The notes under the pieces were generated by a model that was given only the letters and a program-made list of their open reading frames with translations, made no database searches and was not told the origin of the DNA. Source: an uncultured Alphaproteobacteria bacterium (GTDB lineage Bacteria; Pseudomonadota; Alphaproteobacteria; UBA6615). From it: 64,000 nucleotides of DNA. This document shows positions 1 to 11,986 of the stretch, piece by piece. Made by a program: the position numbers and the translations under genes. Location: contig CALSML010000017.1 of the NCBI GenBank assembly GCA_943787445.1, positions 20,137 to 84,136 on the forward strand, written 5' to 3'. Position 1 is the first letter of the stretch, and the number at the start of each line of letters is the position of its first letter.

Positions 1-30
1 CACAATTATGGCCCAGGGGGGCAGTCGCAA

Positions 31-588
31 GTGGCGGCGGATTCAGGTGTTGTCGGTAATATCGCGCAGCGATACGGGCTGGCCCTTTATGAACTCGCGG
101 ACGAGGCCAAAAACCTCGACGACGTCGCGAGCGATCTTGAGTCTCTCAAGGCATTGATTGCCGAGAGCAGCGATCTGGAAAAACTTCTCCGTTCACCCGT
201 CATTGACGGTGAGGAGAAGATGAAAGCCATGAACACAATTCTCGAACGCGGGGGCGCAAACCCGCTGACCCGCCGGTTTATCGGCGTTGTCGCCGGTAAC
301 AACCGTCTGTTCGTCCTCGCCGACATGATTTCCGCCTATCTGGCGGAACTGTCCCATCGTCGAGGTGAAATCACGGCCGAGGTGACCTCGGCGCGTCCGT
401 TGAAAGATGATCAATTGCAGCAGCTCACAGAGAGCCTGCGCGCAAAACTGGGCGGAAAAGTCGCCGTCGAACCAAGTGTCGACCCCTCACTGATCGGTGG
501 GCTGGTTGTGCGTGTGGGTTCGCGGATGATTGACGCATCGCTGAAGACAAAACTTCAGCGCCTGCAATTCGCCATGAAGGGAGCGTAA
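31..588 (+). CDS. atpH: F-type ATP synthase F1 subunit delta (OSCP)
   Basis: 185-aa ORF (GTG start) ending 2 nt before atpA; OSCP-like C-terminus [23 protein letters not shown]; first gene of an atpHAGDC block. Confidence 0.9.
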   Translation: MAADSGVVGNIAQRYGLALYELADEAKNLDDVASDLESLKALIAESSDLEKLLRSPVIDGEEKMKAMNTILERGGANPLTRRFIGVVAGNNRLFVLADMISAYLAELSHRRGEITAEVTSARPLKDDQLQQLTESLRAKLGGKVAVEPSVDPSLIGGLVVRVGSRMIDASLKTKLQRLQFAMKGA

Positions 589-590
589 GG

Positions 591-2117
591 ATGGAAATTC
601 GTGCCGCAGAAATTTCGGCAATTCTGAAAGACCAGATTGCCAATTTCGATGCTGAGGCCGATGTCTCGGAAGTCGGTCAGGTCCTGTCCGTGGGTGATGG
701 CGTTGCACGCGTCTATGGCCTCGACAATGTTCAGGCCGGTGAAATGGTTGAATTCCCTGGTGGAATCATGGGCATGGCCCTGAACCTCGAGACCGACAAT
801 GTCGGTATCGTGATTTTCGGTAATGACCGGGACATCAAGGAAGGTGACACCGTCAAGCGGACCGGCGACATCGTCGACGTTCCCGTTGGTAAGGCCCTTC
901 TGGGCCGTGTTGTCGATGCTCTGGGCAATCCGATTGACGGCAATGGCGATATCGATTCCGACGAGCGCCGCCTGATCGAAGTCAAGGCACCGGGCATCAT
1001 CCCGCGCCAGTCCGTCAGCGAACCCATGCAGACCGGTCTCAAGGCGCTCGACGCGCTCGTACCGGTCGGTCGCGGACAGCGCGAACTGATCATTGGTGAC
1101 CGTCAAACCGGCAAAACCGCCGTCATCGTCGACACCATCCTGAACCAGAAAAAGATCAACGACGCCAGCGACAACAACAAGCTGTTCTGCATCTATGTTG
1201 CCGTCGGTCAGAAGCGTTCGACCGTTGCACAGGTGGTGAAAACCCTGCGTGAACACGGCGCGCTGGATTACACGATCGTGGTCGCGTCCACAGCTTCCGA
1301 GCCTGCTCCGCTGCAGTTCCTGGCGCCCTATGCCGGCTGCGCCATGGGCGAGTTCTTCCGCGACAATGGTATGCACGCCGTCATTTTCTATGACGATCTG
1401 TCGAAACAGGCCACGGCCTATCGGCAGATGTCGCTGCTGCTGCGTCGTCCGCCGGGACGTGAAGCCTATCCGGGTGACGTGTTCTATCTCCATTCCCGCC
1501 TGCTCGAGCGCGCGGCGAAAATGAATGACGAACTTGGCGGCGGTTCACTGACGGCCCTGCCGGTCATTGAGACCCAGGCCAACGACGTGTCGGCCTATAT
1601 CCCGACAAACGTGATTTCGATCACCGATGGTCAGATCTTCCTCGAAACCGAGCTCTTCTATAAGGGCATTCGTCCGGCCATTAACGTTGGCCTGTCGGTT
1701 AGTCGTGTTGGCTCGGCCGCGCAGACCAAGGCCATGAAGTCCGTTGCCGGTAGTATCAAGCTCGAACTCGCCCAGTATCGCGAGATGGAAGCCTTCTCCC
1801 AGTTCGCGTCGGACCTCGACAGCTCAACCCAGCAGTTGCTGGCCCGTGGCGCACGCCTGACGGAGCTGCTCAAGCAGCCCCAGTACTCGCCGCTTCCCAT
1901 GGAAGAGCAGGTTGTGGCGATCTTCGCAGGCGTCCGTGGTCACCTTGATGGCCTTGCCGTCGGCGACGTCAATCGCTTCGAGGCGCAGCTTCTGGATCAC
2001 ATTCGTGCAAACCACGCCGATATTCTGCTGTCAATCCGCGAGACCAACAATCTCGACGATGACACCAGCCAGAAGCTTGAGGATGCCGTCGCATCCTACG
2101 TCAAGACCTTCGCCTAG
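591..2117 (+). CDS. atpA: F-type ATP synthase F1 subunit alpha
   Basis: 508-aa intact ORF; Walker A GDRQTGKT; typical alpha-subunit sequence throughout. Confidence 0.97.
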   Translation: MEIRAAEISAILKDQIANFDAEADVSEVGQVLSVGDGVARVYGLDNVQAGEMVEFPGGIMGMALNLETDNVGIVIFGNDRDIKEGDTVKRTGDIVDVPVGKALLGRVVDALGNPIDGNGDIDSDERRLIEVKAPGIIPRQSVSEPMQTGLKALDALVPVGRGQRELIIGDRQTGKTAVIVDTILNQKKINDASDNNKLFCIYVAVGQKRSTVAQVVKTLREHGALDYTIVVASTASEPAPLQFLAPYAGCAMGEFFRDNGMHAVIFYDDLSKQATAYRQMSLLLRRPPGREAYPGDVFYLHSRLLERAAKMNDELGGGSLTALPVIETQANDVSAYIPTNVISITDGQIFLETELFYKGIRPAINVGLSVSRVGSAAQTKAMKSVAGSIKLELAQYREMEAFSQFASDLDSSTQQLLARGARLTELLKQPQYSPLPMEEQVVAIFAGVRGHLDGLAVGDVNRFEAQLLDHIRANHADILLSIRETNNLDDDTSQKLEDAVASYVKTFA

Positions 2118-2150
2118 TTCCGCTCGGACAACACGGATAGCGACTGACAA

Positions 2151-3062
2151 ATGGCGAGCCTCAAGGACCTACGTGTCCGAATCAGTTCGGTAAAGTCGAC
2201 CCAGCGGATCACGTCGGCCATGAAAATGGTCGCCGCCGCGAAGCTTCGACGTGCGCAGGAAGATGCCGAGGCAACTCGGCCCTATGCCGTACGCATGGAA
2301 CGGATGCTGGGATCACTGGCGCAAAGCGCCGTCACAGCCGGCACGGCTCCGCCCCTGTTGGCGGGCAGTGGAAAGGATGATGTGCATCTGCTCATCGTCA
2401 TGACCACGGATCGCGGCCTGTGCGGCGGCTTCAACGGCTCGATCGGCCGCTGGACACGCAAGCGCATTCTCGAACTTCGGGCGGATGGCAAGGAGGTCAA
2501 ACTCCTCATCGTGGGTCGCAAGGGACGCGGGATTCTGCGTCGCGAATTCGGCGATATCATCATCGATACGCTGGAAGATACCGCACGCCCCACTCCGCGT
2601 TTCGAAACAGCCGCCGAGATTGCACAGCGCGCACGCGACATGTTCGAGGCCGGTGAGTGCGATGTCTGCACCATCGTCTACAACAAATTCGTTTCTGCGC
2701 TGACTCAGGATGTCACGCCGCAGCAAATCATTCCCTTCGCCCTTCCCGAAACGGAAGAGGGTTCAGATGACGATACGGACGATCAGGCATCTGCTCTGGA
2801 TTCCGGCGCCGTCTACGAATACGAGCCCGATGAACAGGAAATTCTGGCAGACCTTCTGCCGCGAAATCTGTCGGTCCAGGTGTTCCGCACCATGATCGAA
2901 TCCTTTGCATCCGAACAGGGTGCACGCATGACCGCGATGGACAACGCCACACGCAATGCCGGTGATATGATCGATCGACTTTCGACCGAATACAACCGGA
3001 CGCGTCAGGCAGCCATCACAACCGAACTCATCGAGATCATCTCCGGCGCGGAAGCGCTTTAG
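2151..3062 (+). CDS. atpG: F-type ATP synthase F1 subunit gamma
   Basis: 303-aa ORF; N-terminal [36 protein letters not shown] and C-terminal [15 protein letters not shown] are gamma-subunit hallmarks. Confidence 0.95.
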   Translation: MASLKDLRVRISSVKSTQRITSAMKMVAAAKLRRAQEDAEATRPYAVRMERMLGSLAQSAVTAGTAPPLLAGSGKDDVHLLIVMTTDRGLCGGFNGSIGRWTRKRILELRADGKEVKLLIVGRKGRGILRREFGDIIIDTLEDTARPTPRFETAAEIAQRARDMFEAGECDVCTIVYNKFVSALTQDVTPQQIIPFALPETEEGSDDDTDDQASALDSGAVYEYEPDEQEILADLLPRNLSVQVFRTMIESFASEQGARMTAMDNATRNAGDMIDRLSTEYNRTRQAAITTELIEIISGAEAL

Positions 3063-4516
<1,454 letters not shown>

Positions 4517-4529
4517 CGGGAGATATCGC

Positions 4530-4952
4530 GTGGCTGATAACGCGGTTCAGTTCGAACTGGTCTCACCGGAGAAGTTGCTTCTCTCGGAAGAGGTCGAGAT
4601 GGTTGTGGTACCCGGCGCCGAAGGAGACTTCGGTGTCCTGCCGGGTCATACGCCGGTGATCTCGACCGTGCGCCCTGGTGTGATCCATATTTTCGAGGGC
4701 GGTTCGGTCAAAACCCGCATCTTCGTGGCCGGCGGCTTTGCCGAAGTCACAGCCGAACGCTGTACTGTTCTGGCTGAAGAGGCCGTGCCACTGGACGAGA
4801 TTGACCGAGAGCAGGTGGAAAAAGACCTGCAATTGGCCAATGAAGAGATCGCGGATGCCGGTGACAACGCCACCGAACGCGCGCTGGCCGAGCAACGGGC
4901 CGAATCGGCACGTGCGAAATTGGCATCTCTGGATAGTCAAACTTACCAATAA
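4530..4952 (+). CDS. atpC: F-type ATP synthase F1 subunit epsilon
   Basis: In-frame GTG at 4530 inside ORF 4413-4952; VQFELVSPEKLLLSEEVEMVVVPGAEGDFGVLPGHTP is a typical epsilon N-terminus; last gene of the atp block. Confidence 0.85.
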   Translation: MADNAVQFELVSPEKLLLSEEVEMVVVPGAEGDFGVLPGHTPVISTVRPGVIHIFEGGSVKTRIFVAGGFAEVTAERCTVLAEEAVPLDEIDREQVEKDLQLANEEIADAGDNATERALAEQRAESARAKLASLDSQTYQ

Positions 4953-5040
4953 ATCAATCGGTTAGTTTTTTTCGTCTGTCAAGATCGGGTTTTGATCTCA
5001 GATGGCAGCGAACTATATATAATGGTTTGAACCGCAACGG

Positions 5041-5901
5041 ATGCAGCCCGTTTTCGTTGATAGAAGGGCCATGACCGAATATCGCAACAAATACTGGACC
5101 CTGAACGATATTCCCTGGGACAGTTTTGACCCGACCAAGGTCGATCCGGACATGCTCCGGATCGTCAAAGCTGCTGCCATGGTCGAGTACAATGGCGGCA
5201 TCTATGCCGAGTATCTGTGCAGTGTTTTCGCGGATGACCCGCAGTTTCAGGACGCTGCCCAGCGCTGGGCCTTTGAAGAAGTGCAGCACGGCAGTGCGCT
5301 GGCTCGATGGGCCCAGACCGCCGATCCGGAATTCGACTTTGAAAACCGCTTTGCGGAATTCGCCGAAAAGATCCAGCTACCCGTGGGCGCGGACAGTTCA
5401 GTGCGCGGCACGAGATGTGGCGAGCTTGTGGCCCGCTGCATGGTGGAGGTCGGTACCTCGTCCTATTACTCTGCCCTGCGCGAAGCCAGTGACGAACCGG
5501 TGCTGCGCGCGATCTGCGAGAAGATCGCTCAGGATGAAATTCGCCACTACAAGCTTTTCTACACCCATATGGAACGCTACCGGGACATCGAAAATCTCGG
5601 AAAGCTGAAACGACTGTGGATCGGTCTGGGTCGAATCGGCGAGAGTGAGGATGACGAACTCGCCTATGCGTATCACGCCGCCAACAACACCGGCGAATCC
5701 TACAACCGCAAGCGCTGCATCCGTGCCTATATGTCCCGGGCCTACGGGTTTTACGAAATACGCCATGTGGAGCGCGCCGTAACCCTGATCTTCAAGGCAA
5801 TCGGGTTTGCACCCCACAGCCGCGTGTCCAACTGGATCGCCCGCGGTGCGGTCTGGTTCCTCAATATGCGGATTGGCCGCAACTCGGAAGCCGCGGCCTG
5901 A
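5041..5901 (+). CDS. ferritin-like di-iron carboxylate protein (acyl-ACP-desaturase-like motifs), function unknown
   Basis: 286-aa ORF (alternative ATG at 5071); two ExxH motifs, FEEVQHG and QDEIRHY, about 95 residues apart; preceded by a visibly AT-rich spacer 4953-5040. Confidence 0.6.
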   Translation: MQPVFVDRRAMTEYRNKYWTLNDIPWDSFDPTKVDPDMLRIVKAAAMVEYNGGIYAEYLCSVFADDPQFQDAAQRWAFEEVQHGSALARWAQTADPEFDFENRFAEFAEKIQLPVGADSSVRGTRCGELVARCMVEVGTSSYYSALREASDEPVLRAICEKIAQDEIRHYKLFYTHMERYRDIENLGKLKRLWIGLGRIGESEDDELAYAYHAANNTGESYNRKRCIRAYMSRAYGFYEIRHVERAVTLIFKAIGFAPHSRVSNWIARGAVWFLNMRIGRNSEAAA

Positions 5902-5920
5902 CAGCCTGCACGCCGGTATT

Positions 5921-6418
5921 CTAGCTGCGGCCTTCACCCAATGGGCGAAACACCTCTACAACGGCCTCGTAAATGGGCCGCTTGAACGCAACGATCAGCT
6001 CCGGCAGCTGTTCCGGCATCACCCATAGCCAGCGATCGAATTCAGGTTTGGCCACCCCAAGCACATCAATCTCGGAATCCGAACCGAGAAACCGATAAGC
6101 AAACCACTTCTGCATCTGTCCGTTCCAGCGGCCCTTCCAGGCGCGGCGCTGCAGATCAGCCGGCAGATCGTATTTCAGCCAGTGCGGCGCCTCAGCCAGA
6201 AACTCCACATGCGTGGTACCTGTCTCCTCTTCCAACTCGCGCAACGCCGCAGCCTGAGGATCTTCCCCGTCATCGATACCGCCCTGGGGCATTTGCCAGG
6301 CCCCCGGCGTATCCCGGCGCTCCCCGACCCAAACCCGGCCATCCGAATTCAGGAGATAGACTCCCGCACATTTGCGATAGCGGGCGGCATCTTCAGCGTC
6401 GGCCAGAAGGTCGGTCAT
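5921..6418 (-). CDS. rppH: RNA pyrophosphohydrolase (Nudix hydrolase)
   Basis: 165-aa ORF; Nudix box GGIDDGEDPQAAALRELEEETG; start overlaps the upstream gene stop (ATGA at 6415-6418). Confidence 0.9.
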   Translation of the reverse strand: MTDLLADAEDAARYRKCAGVYLLNSDGRVWVGERRDTPGAWQMPQGGIDDGEDPQAAALRELEEETGTTHVEFLAEAPHWLKYDLPADLQRRAWKGRWNGQMQKWFAYRFLGSDSEIDVLGVAKPEFDRWLWVMPEQLPELIVAFKRPIYEAVVEVFRPLGEGRS

Positions 6419-7742
6419 CGATCGGATTGCCGGTCCACAACTGCGGAAATCGACACCAGGGCGATGCCCTTCTGGTTCAGCGTATCAGCCCAAACGCGTA
6501 TCCGCTCGATCGTCACGGGAAAGGCCTGCCCGATCGCGATCGAAACCCCGGCCTCCTGTGCAATCCGTTCCACTTCGGCCAGACGCGCATCGATGGTCGC
6601 GCGGGAAACCTCCCGGTTGTCGAGGAAAGCGGTCATTGATGGCACGCGGCACTTCCATCTGGGTTGCCAGAGTGGTTGCAACACTTCGTGCGGCTGATCG
6701 GGCATCGACGAACAGCAAGCCACGCGCCTTCAACTCGGCAAGGATGGGCTGCATGGATTCCTGAGAAGTCGTGAAGCGCGACCCCATATGGTTGACCACC
6801 CCCACATATCCGGAGACACGCGAGAGCGCCCAGCGCATCCGGTCCTGGTTTCTTCCGGGGAGAGCGTGACAAACAATGCGCGTGGCCCCGGATCATTGGC
6901 CGGAAAATCGACGGGTTCCATGGGCAAATTGAGCAACACCTCGTGACCGGCAGCTCGTGACAGCCGTATCCATTGCTGAATATTTTCCGCAAAGGGCTGA
7001 TAGGCCAGCGTCACTTCGCTGGGCAGATCCTGGATCGCAGCTTCCGTGGCCGCGCTCGACAGACCCAGTCCGCTCAGAATGATCGCGACCTTGGGACGCT
7101 CATCCCCCGTTTTGTGCGGGCGCGCATAGACTTTCCAGGGTTCCCGTCCATCCAGTCCGATCCGCGGCAATGGCCCCAGCGGCGAGAATTCAATCAGGCC
7201 GGGTCCGGGGCCGGTGGCAAGGCATCAGGAGATATTCTCACAGCCGGTGTGCTGGTTTCAGGCTCGACCGCTGGCGGCGGTGAAGGTGCGGCCGCAACTT
7301 CGGGCGCAGAGGCCCTGTCAGGCTCCGGCGCGGCTGTGACCACGGGAGGCGTTGTCTCCGCTTCCGATTGATCCGTGACGGGCTCAGGCGCGCCTGCAGG
7401 TGGTGTTACGGGAGGCAGGGCCGGCTCTTCCACGGGTGGGGCCACCGGAGGGGCCATCTGCGCCGGTTCGGATTCCGGTTCGACCTCGGGGACAGTTTCA
7501 ACCAGGGTGGCCGATGCGGGTGGGTCAGGGTTGGAGTCCGCGCCCGCAGTCGGATCGGTCATGGCAGGCTGTTCATCCTGAGCCATTTCCGGTTCCGATG
7601 GCACATGCGGATCCCCCGTGAGGCCCAGTCCAAGCATGGTCACGGATCCCATCAGCACGAGAAATAGAACGAGCGCCACCATCCAGGGCAGGATGGCCAC
7701 GCTGCTCAGTCTCGAGGGCTGATCCGAAGTCTTGTCGCTCAT
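6415..7742 (-). pseudogene. divergent polysaccharide deacetylase (YibQ-like) with N-terminal TM segment and Pro-rich linker; three frame breaks
   Basis: Four ORF pieces (7194-7742, 6730-7170, 6485-6838, 6415-6723) read as one protein. Its parts are TM helix, PxP-rich linker, LIEFSPLGPLPRIGLDG, GLGLSSAATEAAI, VNHMGSRFT and FLDNREVSRATIDARL. Breaks are at about 7195, at the T-run 6849-6851 and at the A-run 6626-6628. Confidence 0.75.
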
Positions 7743-7773
7743 GGTGCCGAACGTAGCGGAAACACCTTAACGG

Positions 7774-9045
7774 TCAGTTGGTGGCCCGTTGATTAAAGGT
7801 TGCGATTCCCTTGAGAAGATCGAGGGCACGGGCAAGCTGATAATCCTGTGGCGCGGTCGTTTCCGCCTCTCCATCCGCCTCGGATTCGGACTGATCTGTG
7901 CCTTCGTTGTCACGCGCATTTCGCAGATCCCGCTCCCGCACACCCGAGGCCGCTGCAGCTTCCTGGATTTGCGCCTGCTCCACGAGAATATCCGGTGTGA
8001 TACCCGTCTTCTGGATCGATCGGCCACTCGGAGTGAAATAAGCTGCCGTCGTCAGACGCAGCGCACCATGGCCGGCAATCGGCATGATCGTCTGGACCGA
8101 TCCCTTGCCGAAACTTTCGGTGCCCATGATCACGGCACGCTTGTGATCCTGCAGGGCACCCGCAACGATTTCGGAAGCCGAGGCCGACCCACGATTGATC
8201 AGCACGACCATCGGCAGACCTTCGGCCAGATCACCCTTTTTCGCATTGAACCGTTGAGCATCGTCGGATTCCCGGCCGCGGGTGGAAACGATTTCGCCAC
8301 GGTCGAGAAAGGCATCAGATACCTTCACGGCCTGGTCGAGCAATCCACCGGGGTTGCGGCGCAGATCAAGCACGACACCGATCATCTCGTCGCCAAGCTC
8401 TTCCTTGAGCTTCTTCATGGAGGATTCGACACCTTCCATCGTCTGCTCATTGAACGTCGTCACCCGAATATAGCCAGCCTTGCCCTCAACCCGGTTGCGG
8501 ACGGAGCGAATACGAACCACATCGCGTGTCACGGTGACGTCGAAAGGCTCCACCCCCTCACGGCGGATCGTCAGCTCGATATCGGACCCCACCCGGCCAC
8601 GCATTTTGTCGACCGCATCCGAGAGGGACAGTCCCAGCACCGACTCACCGTCCAGATGGGTGATGAAGTCGCCTGCTTCCAGACCTACACGGGCTGCCGG
8701 GGTTTCATCAATCGGCGAGACGACACGCACAAAGCCCTGCTCCATGGTGACTTCGATGCCCAGCCCACCGAACTCACCCCGGGTCTGCACCTGCATATCC
8801 CGGAAGCTTTCCTCGTTCAGATAGCTCGAATGGGGGTCCAGCGAATGCAGCATGCCGTTGATGGCGGCCTCGATCAGATCCTTGTCTTCAGCCTCATCCA
8901 CATACTGCGCACGCACACGCTCGAATATGTCTCCGAAGAGTTCGAGTTGCCGAAAGGTCTCTTCATCGGATTCGGCGGCAATTGCAGTGGCCGGTACGAC
9001 AGCCAGCATGGTCGAAAACGCGACCACGGAGAGAAATTTACGCAT
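7774..9045 (-). CDS. ctpA: S41 family C-terminal processing peptidase
   Basis: 423-aa ORF with signal-like N-terminus, PDZ-like GLEAGDFITHLDG and S41 core GSASASEIVAGALQD. Confidence 0.9.
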   Translation of the reverse strand: MRKFLSVVAFSTMLAVVPATAIAAESDEETFRQLELFGDIFERVRAQYVDEAEDKDLIEAAINGMLHSLDPHSSYLNEESFRDMQVQTRGEFGGLGIEVTMEQGFVRVVSPIDETPAARVGLEAGDFITHLDGESVLGLSLSDAVDKMRGRVGSDIELTIRREGVEPFDVTVTRDVVRIRSVRNRVEGKAGYIRVTTFNEQTMEGVESSMKKLKEELGDEMIGVVLDLRRNPGGLLDQAVKVSDAFLDRGEIVSTRGRESDDAQRFNAKKGDLAEGLPMVVLINRGSASASEIVAGALQDHKRAVIMGTESFGKGSVQTIMPIAGHGALRLTTAAYFTPSGRSIQKTGITPDILVEQAQIQEAAAASGVRERDLRNARDNEGTDQSESEADGEAETTAPQDYQLARALDLLKGIATFNQRATN

Positions 9046-10346
9046 CAGCCTTGTGTCCTGTTCGTTTGCGCTGCCAACCAGGGCAGCGGGTTAATTGGTT
9101 GACCGTCGCGACGGAGCTCCACATAGAGCCTCGCCCCGTCAGATCGGCTTTGGGCCTGAGAAGCCCGCCCCCCGCTTTTGGCATCAGCGCCAGCACTGGT
9201 CGTCCCGACAGGTTCACCCGCAAGGACCCATTGATCCATTTGCGCGTCGATCTGTCCCAGACCAACGATCAGCGAATGATATCCCTCGCCATGATCGATG
9301 ATCAAGATTTGCCCGAACCGGCGAAATGGGCCCGCAAACACAATTCTGCCATCCCAGGGGGCAACTACCGATGCTTCTGCACGCGTTTTCCATGTCACAC
9401 CTGTCGCCGTGACGCCAGCCTCCGTGCGTGCGCCAAATCGCCGGACCACGGTACCCTGCGCGGGCAACGAGAGTTGTCCGCGTGCTGAAGCAATGGACGG
9501 CCCCGACGGTTTGAGCGTCGGCGTCACCAGATTTTGCGGTGAAGCCTGCGAATTGGGGCGTGGTTGCGGCACGGCTGACGCGGTGCTGTCACGCAAATTT
9601 GACAGCAATTCTTCAAGCGTCCGCGCTTCCGCACGAAGTCCAGCCACCCGTTTCTCCACCGAAGCCTGAGCACCCTTGGTCTGTGTCAGCACCTTGTTCT
9701 TCGCATCCGAGAGATCTTTCAGGCGCAATCGTTCCCGTTTCAGATCCGCAGCGGCCGTCTGCAACTCGTCCTTTCGACCACGGATACGCCGCTGCAATCC
9801 TGTCAGGGTATCAATATCCGCGCGCAACAACCGGGCCTGCCGCTCGATCTCGGGCACGGCGGTCCGTAACAGCAAGCCGCTTCGCACAACATCATTCGGA
9901 TTCCCCGGACTGACCAGCAGTGCGGCCGTCGGGCGCAAGGCCATGCGCTGCAATGCGGCCAGCGTGATGCCGAGGTCGGATCGGCGTGCTTCAAGTTGCA
10001 CCTGCTTGCGCGCCGCGTCTCCCTCCAGAACAGCCAGCTCCGTCTCGAGCGAATCCAGAGCTGCCTCGTGTGTCTGCACAGCCTGTGCTGCCACCCGCAT
10101 CCGGGTTCGCAACTCGGAAAGTTCGTCTGCCTGCTTGCGGGCCTCGCGCGCGAGCGCAGCGGCGGCCTCGGTGTCCCGCTCCAGGGTCTTGCGCACATCG
10201 CGCAGGCGTTCTTCAGTCGGGTTCGCAGAACCATCCTGCGCGAGCCCCAGTTCGGGCACACCGAACCATACAACCGCCGCCAACACGGCTCCGGATACCA
10301 GCGATGGGCTACTCGCCGAGATAGTAGCTCTTCTGCTTGACGCCAT
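9045..10346 (-). CDS. M23 family peptidase / EnvC-like murein hydrolase activator
   Basis: Long coiled-coil region (LRxxL-rich) followed by an M23/LytM-like C-terminus IIDHGEGYHSLIVGLGQIDAQMDQWVLAGEPVG. Start chosen at MASSRRATISA (Tat-like RR, then a hydrophobic stretch); this overlaps the gpmA 3' end by 38 nt, so the start is uncertain. Confidence 0.8.
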   Translation of the reverse strand: MASSRRATISASSPSLVSGAVLAAVVWFGVPELGLAQDGSANPTEERLRDVRKTLERDTEAAAALAREARKQADELSELRTRMRVAAQAVQTHEAALDSLETELAVLEGDAARKQVQLEARRSDLGITLAALQRMALRPTAALLVSPGNPNDVVRSGLLLRTAVPEIERQARLLRADIDTLTGLQRRIRGRKDELQTAAADLKRERLRLKDLSDAKNKVLTQTKGAQASVEKRVAGLRAEARTLEELLSNLRDSTASAVPQPRPNSQASPQNLVTPTLKPSGPSIASARGQLSLPAQGTVVRRFGARTEAGVTATGVTWKTRAEASVVAPWDGRIVFAGPFRRFGQILIIDHGEGYHSLIVGLGQIDAQMDQWVLAGEPVGTTSAGADAKSGGRASQAQSRSDGARLYVELRRDGQPINPLPWLAAQTNRTQG

Positions 10347-10950
10347 TTTCGAAATCAAAGACCAGAGGCCGCCCGGTCGGCAGCTCCACACTGGTAATTT
10401 CCTCAGCGGTGTATTCCCCCAGAATCAGGAGCAGCGCGCGCAGGCTGTTGCCATGGGCGGAGACGAGGATATTCTTTCCTGCGGCCACCAGCGGTTCGAT
10501 CACCGTCTCGTAACAGGGACGAACCCGCACGACGACATCGGCAAGGCTCTCACCATTGGGTGGTTGCACCTCGAAACCTCGACGCCAGAGATGGACCTGT
10601 TCCTCACCGTATTTCTCGGCCGTCTCTGCCTTGTTCAGACCCACCAGATCTCCATAATGGCGCTCGCGCAGGTCATCATGCCTGGTCACGTTCCAGCCAT
10701 CGCCCGAACGCAGATGCTCGAAGCTTCCACCCGCAGCGGCGGCTGACTCGAGCGCTATCTCCACCGTGCGGATCGCGCGCTTGAGGGTCGAAGAGAAGAC
10801 TGCATCGATGTGAAAGTCCTTGATCAGTTCGCCCGCGAGCCTGGCTTCCGCCTCTCCCGCCGCGGTCAGATCGACATCTTCCCAGCCCGTAAACCGGTTT
10901 TCGAGGTTCCACTGGCTCTGGCCGTGGCGTGTGATAATCAGATGGTTCAT
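10309..10950 (-). CDS. gpmA: 2,3-bisphosphoglycerate-dependent phosphoglycerate mutase
   Basis: 213-aa ORF; histidine phosphatase motif RHGQSQWN near the N-terminus. Confidence 0.92.
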   Translation of the reverse strand: MNHLIITRHGQSQWNLENRFTGWEDVDLTAAGEAEARLAGELIKDFHIDAVFSSTLKRAIRTVEIALESAAAAGGSFEHLRSGDGWNVTRHDDLRERHYGDLVGLNKAETAEKYGEEQVHLWRRGFEVQPPNGESLADVVVRVRPCYETVIEPLVAAGKNILVSAHGNSLRALLLILGEYTAEEITSVELPTGRPLVFDFENGVKQKSYYLGE

Positions 10951-11024
10951 CCGCGGGTGTCCATTCTTGCGCGGTTAGAGTTCAGAGAGCCTGTTTTGCC
11001 CGATTCTTGCCGCGCGAACCAGCG

Positions 11025-11486
11025 TCACGCGCGATGATAAGGATGGCCCGCCAGAATTTGCTGAGCACGATAGACCTGTTCTGCCAGCAGCCCCCGCACC
11101 AGCATATGGGGCCAGGTGTTGCGGCCGAACGCGATGTTCCGGTCAGCGCGGTCTCTGACCGCAGCCGCATGCCCATCCGCACCACCAATCAGGAACACGA
11201 CGTCCCGCTGGCCGGCATCCTGCAGATCCCCCAGCGCGCCAGCGAATTCCTCACTCGAAAGCTGTTTCCCGGTTTCATCAAGCGCAAAAACAAACGCGCC
11301 ATCCGGCACTGCCGAAAGCAACAACGCACCCTCTGCATTCGACAGCTTTGCCGCAGGCACATTGCGCTTGAGTTCGACCTCACGCAATTCGAAGGGCCAG
11401 ACATTGATGCGCTGGGAAAAATGCTCAAACAATGCGGCTTCAGGGCCTGCCCGCGCGCGACCGACCGCAGCTACCAGAATGCGCAT
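11025..11486 (-). CDS. rlmH: 23S rRNA (pseudouridine1915-N3)-methyltransferase
   Basis: 153-aa SPOUT-type ORF; FLIGGADGH and C-terminal WPHMLVRGLLAEQVYRAQQILAGHPYH; follows rsfS as in the conserved nadD-rsfS-rlmH arrangement. Confidence 0.9.
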   Translation of the reverse strand: MRILVAAVGRARAGPEAALFEHFSQRINVWPFELREVELKRNVPAAKLSNAEGALLLSAVPDGAFVFALDETGKQLSSEEFAGALGDLQDAGQRDVVFLIGGADGHAAAVRDRADRNIAFGRNTWPHMLVRGLLAEQVYRAQQILAGHPYHRA

Positions 11487-11532
11487 ACGTACCTCTTATT
11501 GGCCGCCAGCCCGTCCTGGCCGAAGCCGGGTT

Positions 11533-11967
11533 TCAGGCCGTCACGGCATCCTGTGAGGAGCGCTCGACAAATTCTGCTTCCCACAGCTTTTCGATCGCAT
11601 AGTGCTCCCGCGCTTCGGGTCGAAAGAGGTGGACGATGACATCACCGGCATCGACCAGAACCCATTCGCCAACACGCCGCCCTTCGGCATAGGAGTCACG
11701 AATGCCCGATTGTTTCAATCGTTCGATGAGATGCTCGGTGATCGAATCCAGACGCCGCGAGGAACTGCCGCTGGCCACGACCATGTAATCTGCAATATCG
11801 GTCTTCCCCTCCAGGGAAATAACCTTGATGTCATCGGCCTTGTCCTCATCAAGTGAGTTTTCGACAAGGGCCAAAATCTGCGCCGCGCTTGGCCGCGGCG
11901 TTGCCTCACCCTGACGTGCTATGACGAAATCCGCGCTTTCAAGCTGCGCCTCCTTTGCGGGTCGCAA
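11533..11967 (-). CDS. rsfS: ribosome silencing factor
   Basis: RsfS core DEDKADDIKVISLEGKTDIADYMVVASGSSSRRL and HLFRPEAREHYAIEKLW. Start uncertain: in-frame TTG at 11967 chosen because the ATG-extended ORF would overlap nadD. Confidence 0.7.
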   Translation of the reverse strand: MRPAKEAQLESADFVIARQGEATPRPSAAQILALVENSLDEDKADDIKVISLEGKTDIADYMVVASGSSSRRLDSITEHLIERLKQSGIRDSYAEGRRVGEWVLVDAGDVIVHLFRPEAREHYAIEKLWEAEFVERSSQDAVTA

Positions 11968-11986
11968 TGACCGCCCCGAGTTGAAT

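Noticed and set aside
555-1493. Long antisense or out-of-frame ORFs (555-1493 minus, 7789-9102 plus, 15767-16876 plus, 30821-31858 plus, 44477-45724 minus, 45609-46457 minus and many more)
   Set aside because: They lie opposite strongly supported genes, lack motifs, and have Arg/Gly/Pro/His-rich composition typical of spurious frames in high-GC DNA.
7200-7640. Repetitive proline-rich DNA as a possible tandem repeat or CRISPR-like array
   Set aside because: There are no exact repeat units or spacers. It is a low-complexity PxP/PE-rich coding linker in frame with the TM helix of the yibQ-like gene.
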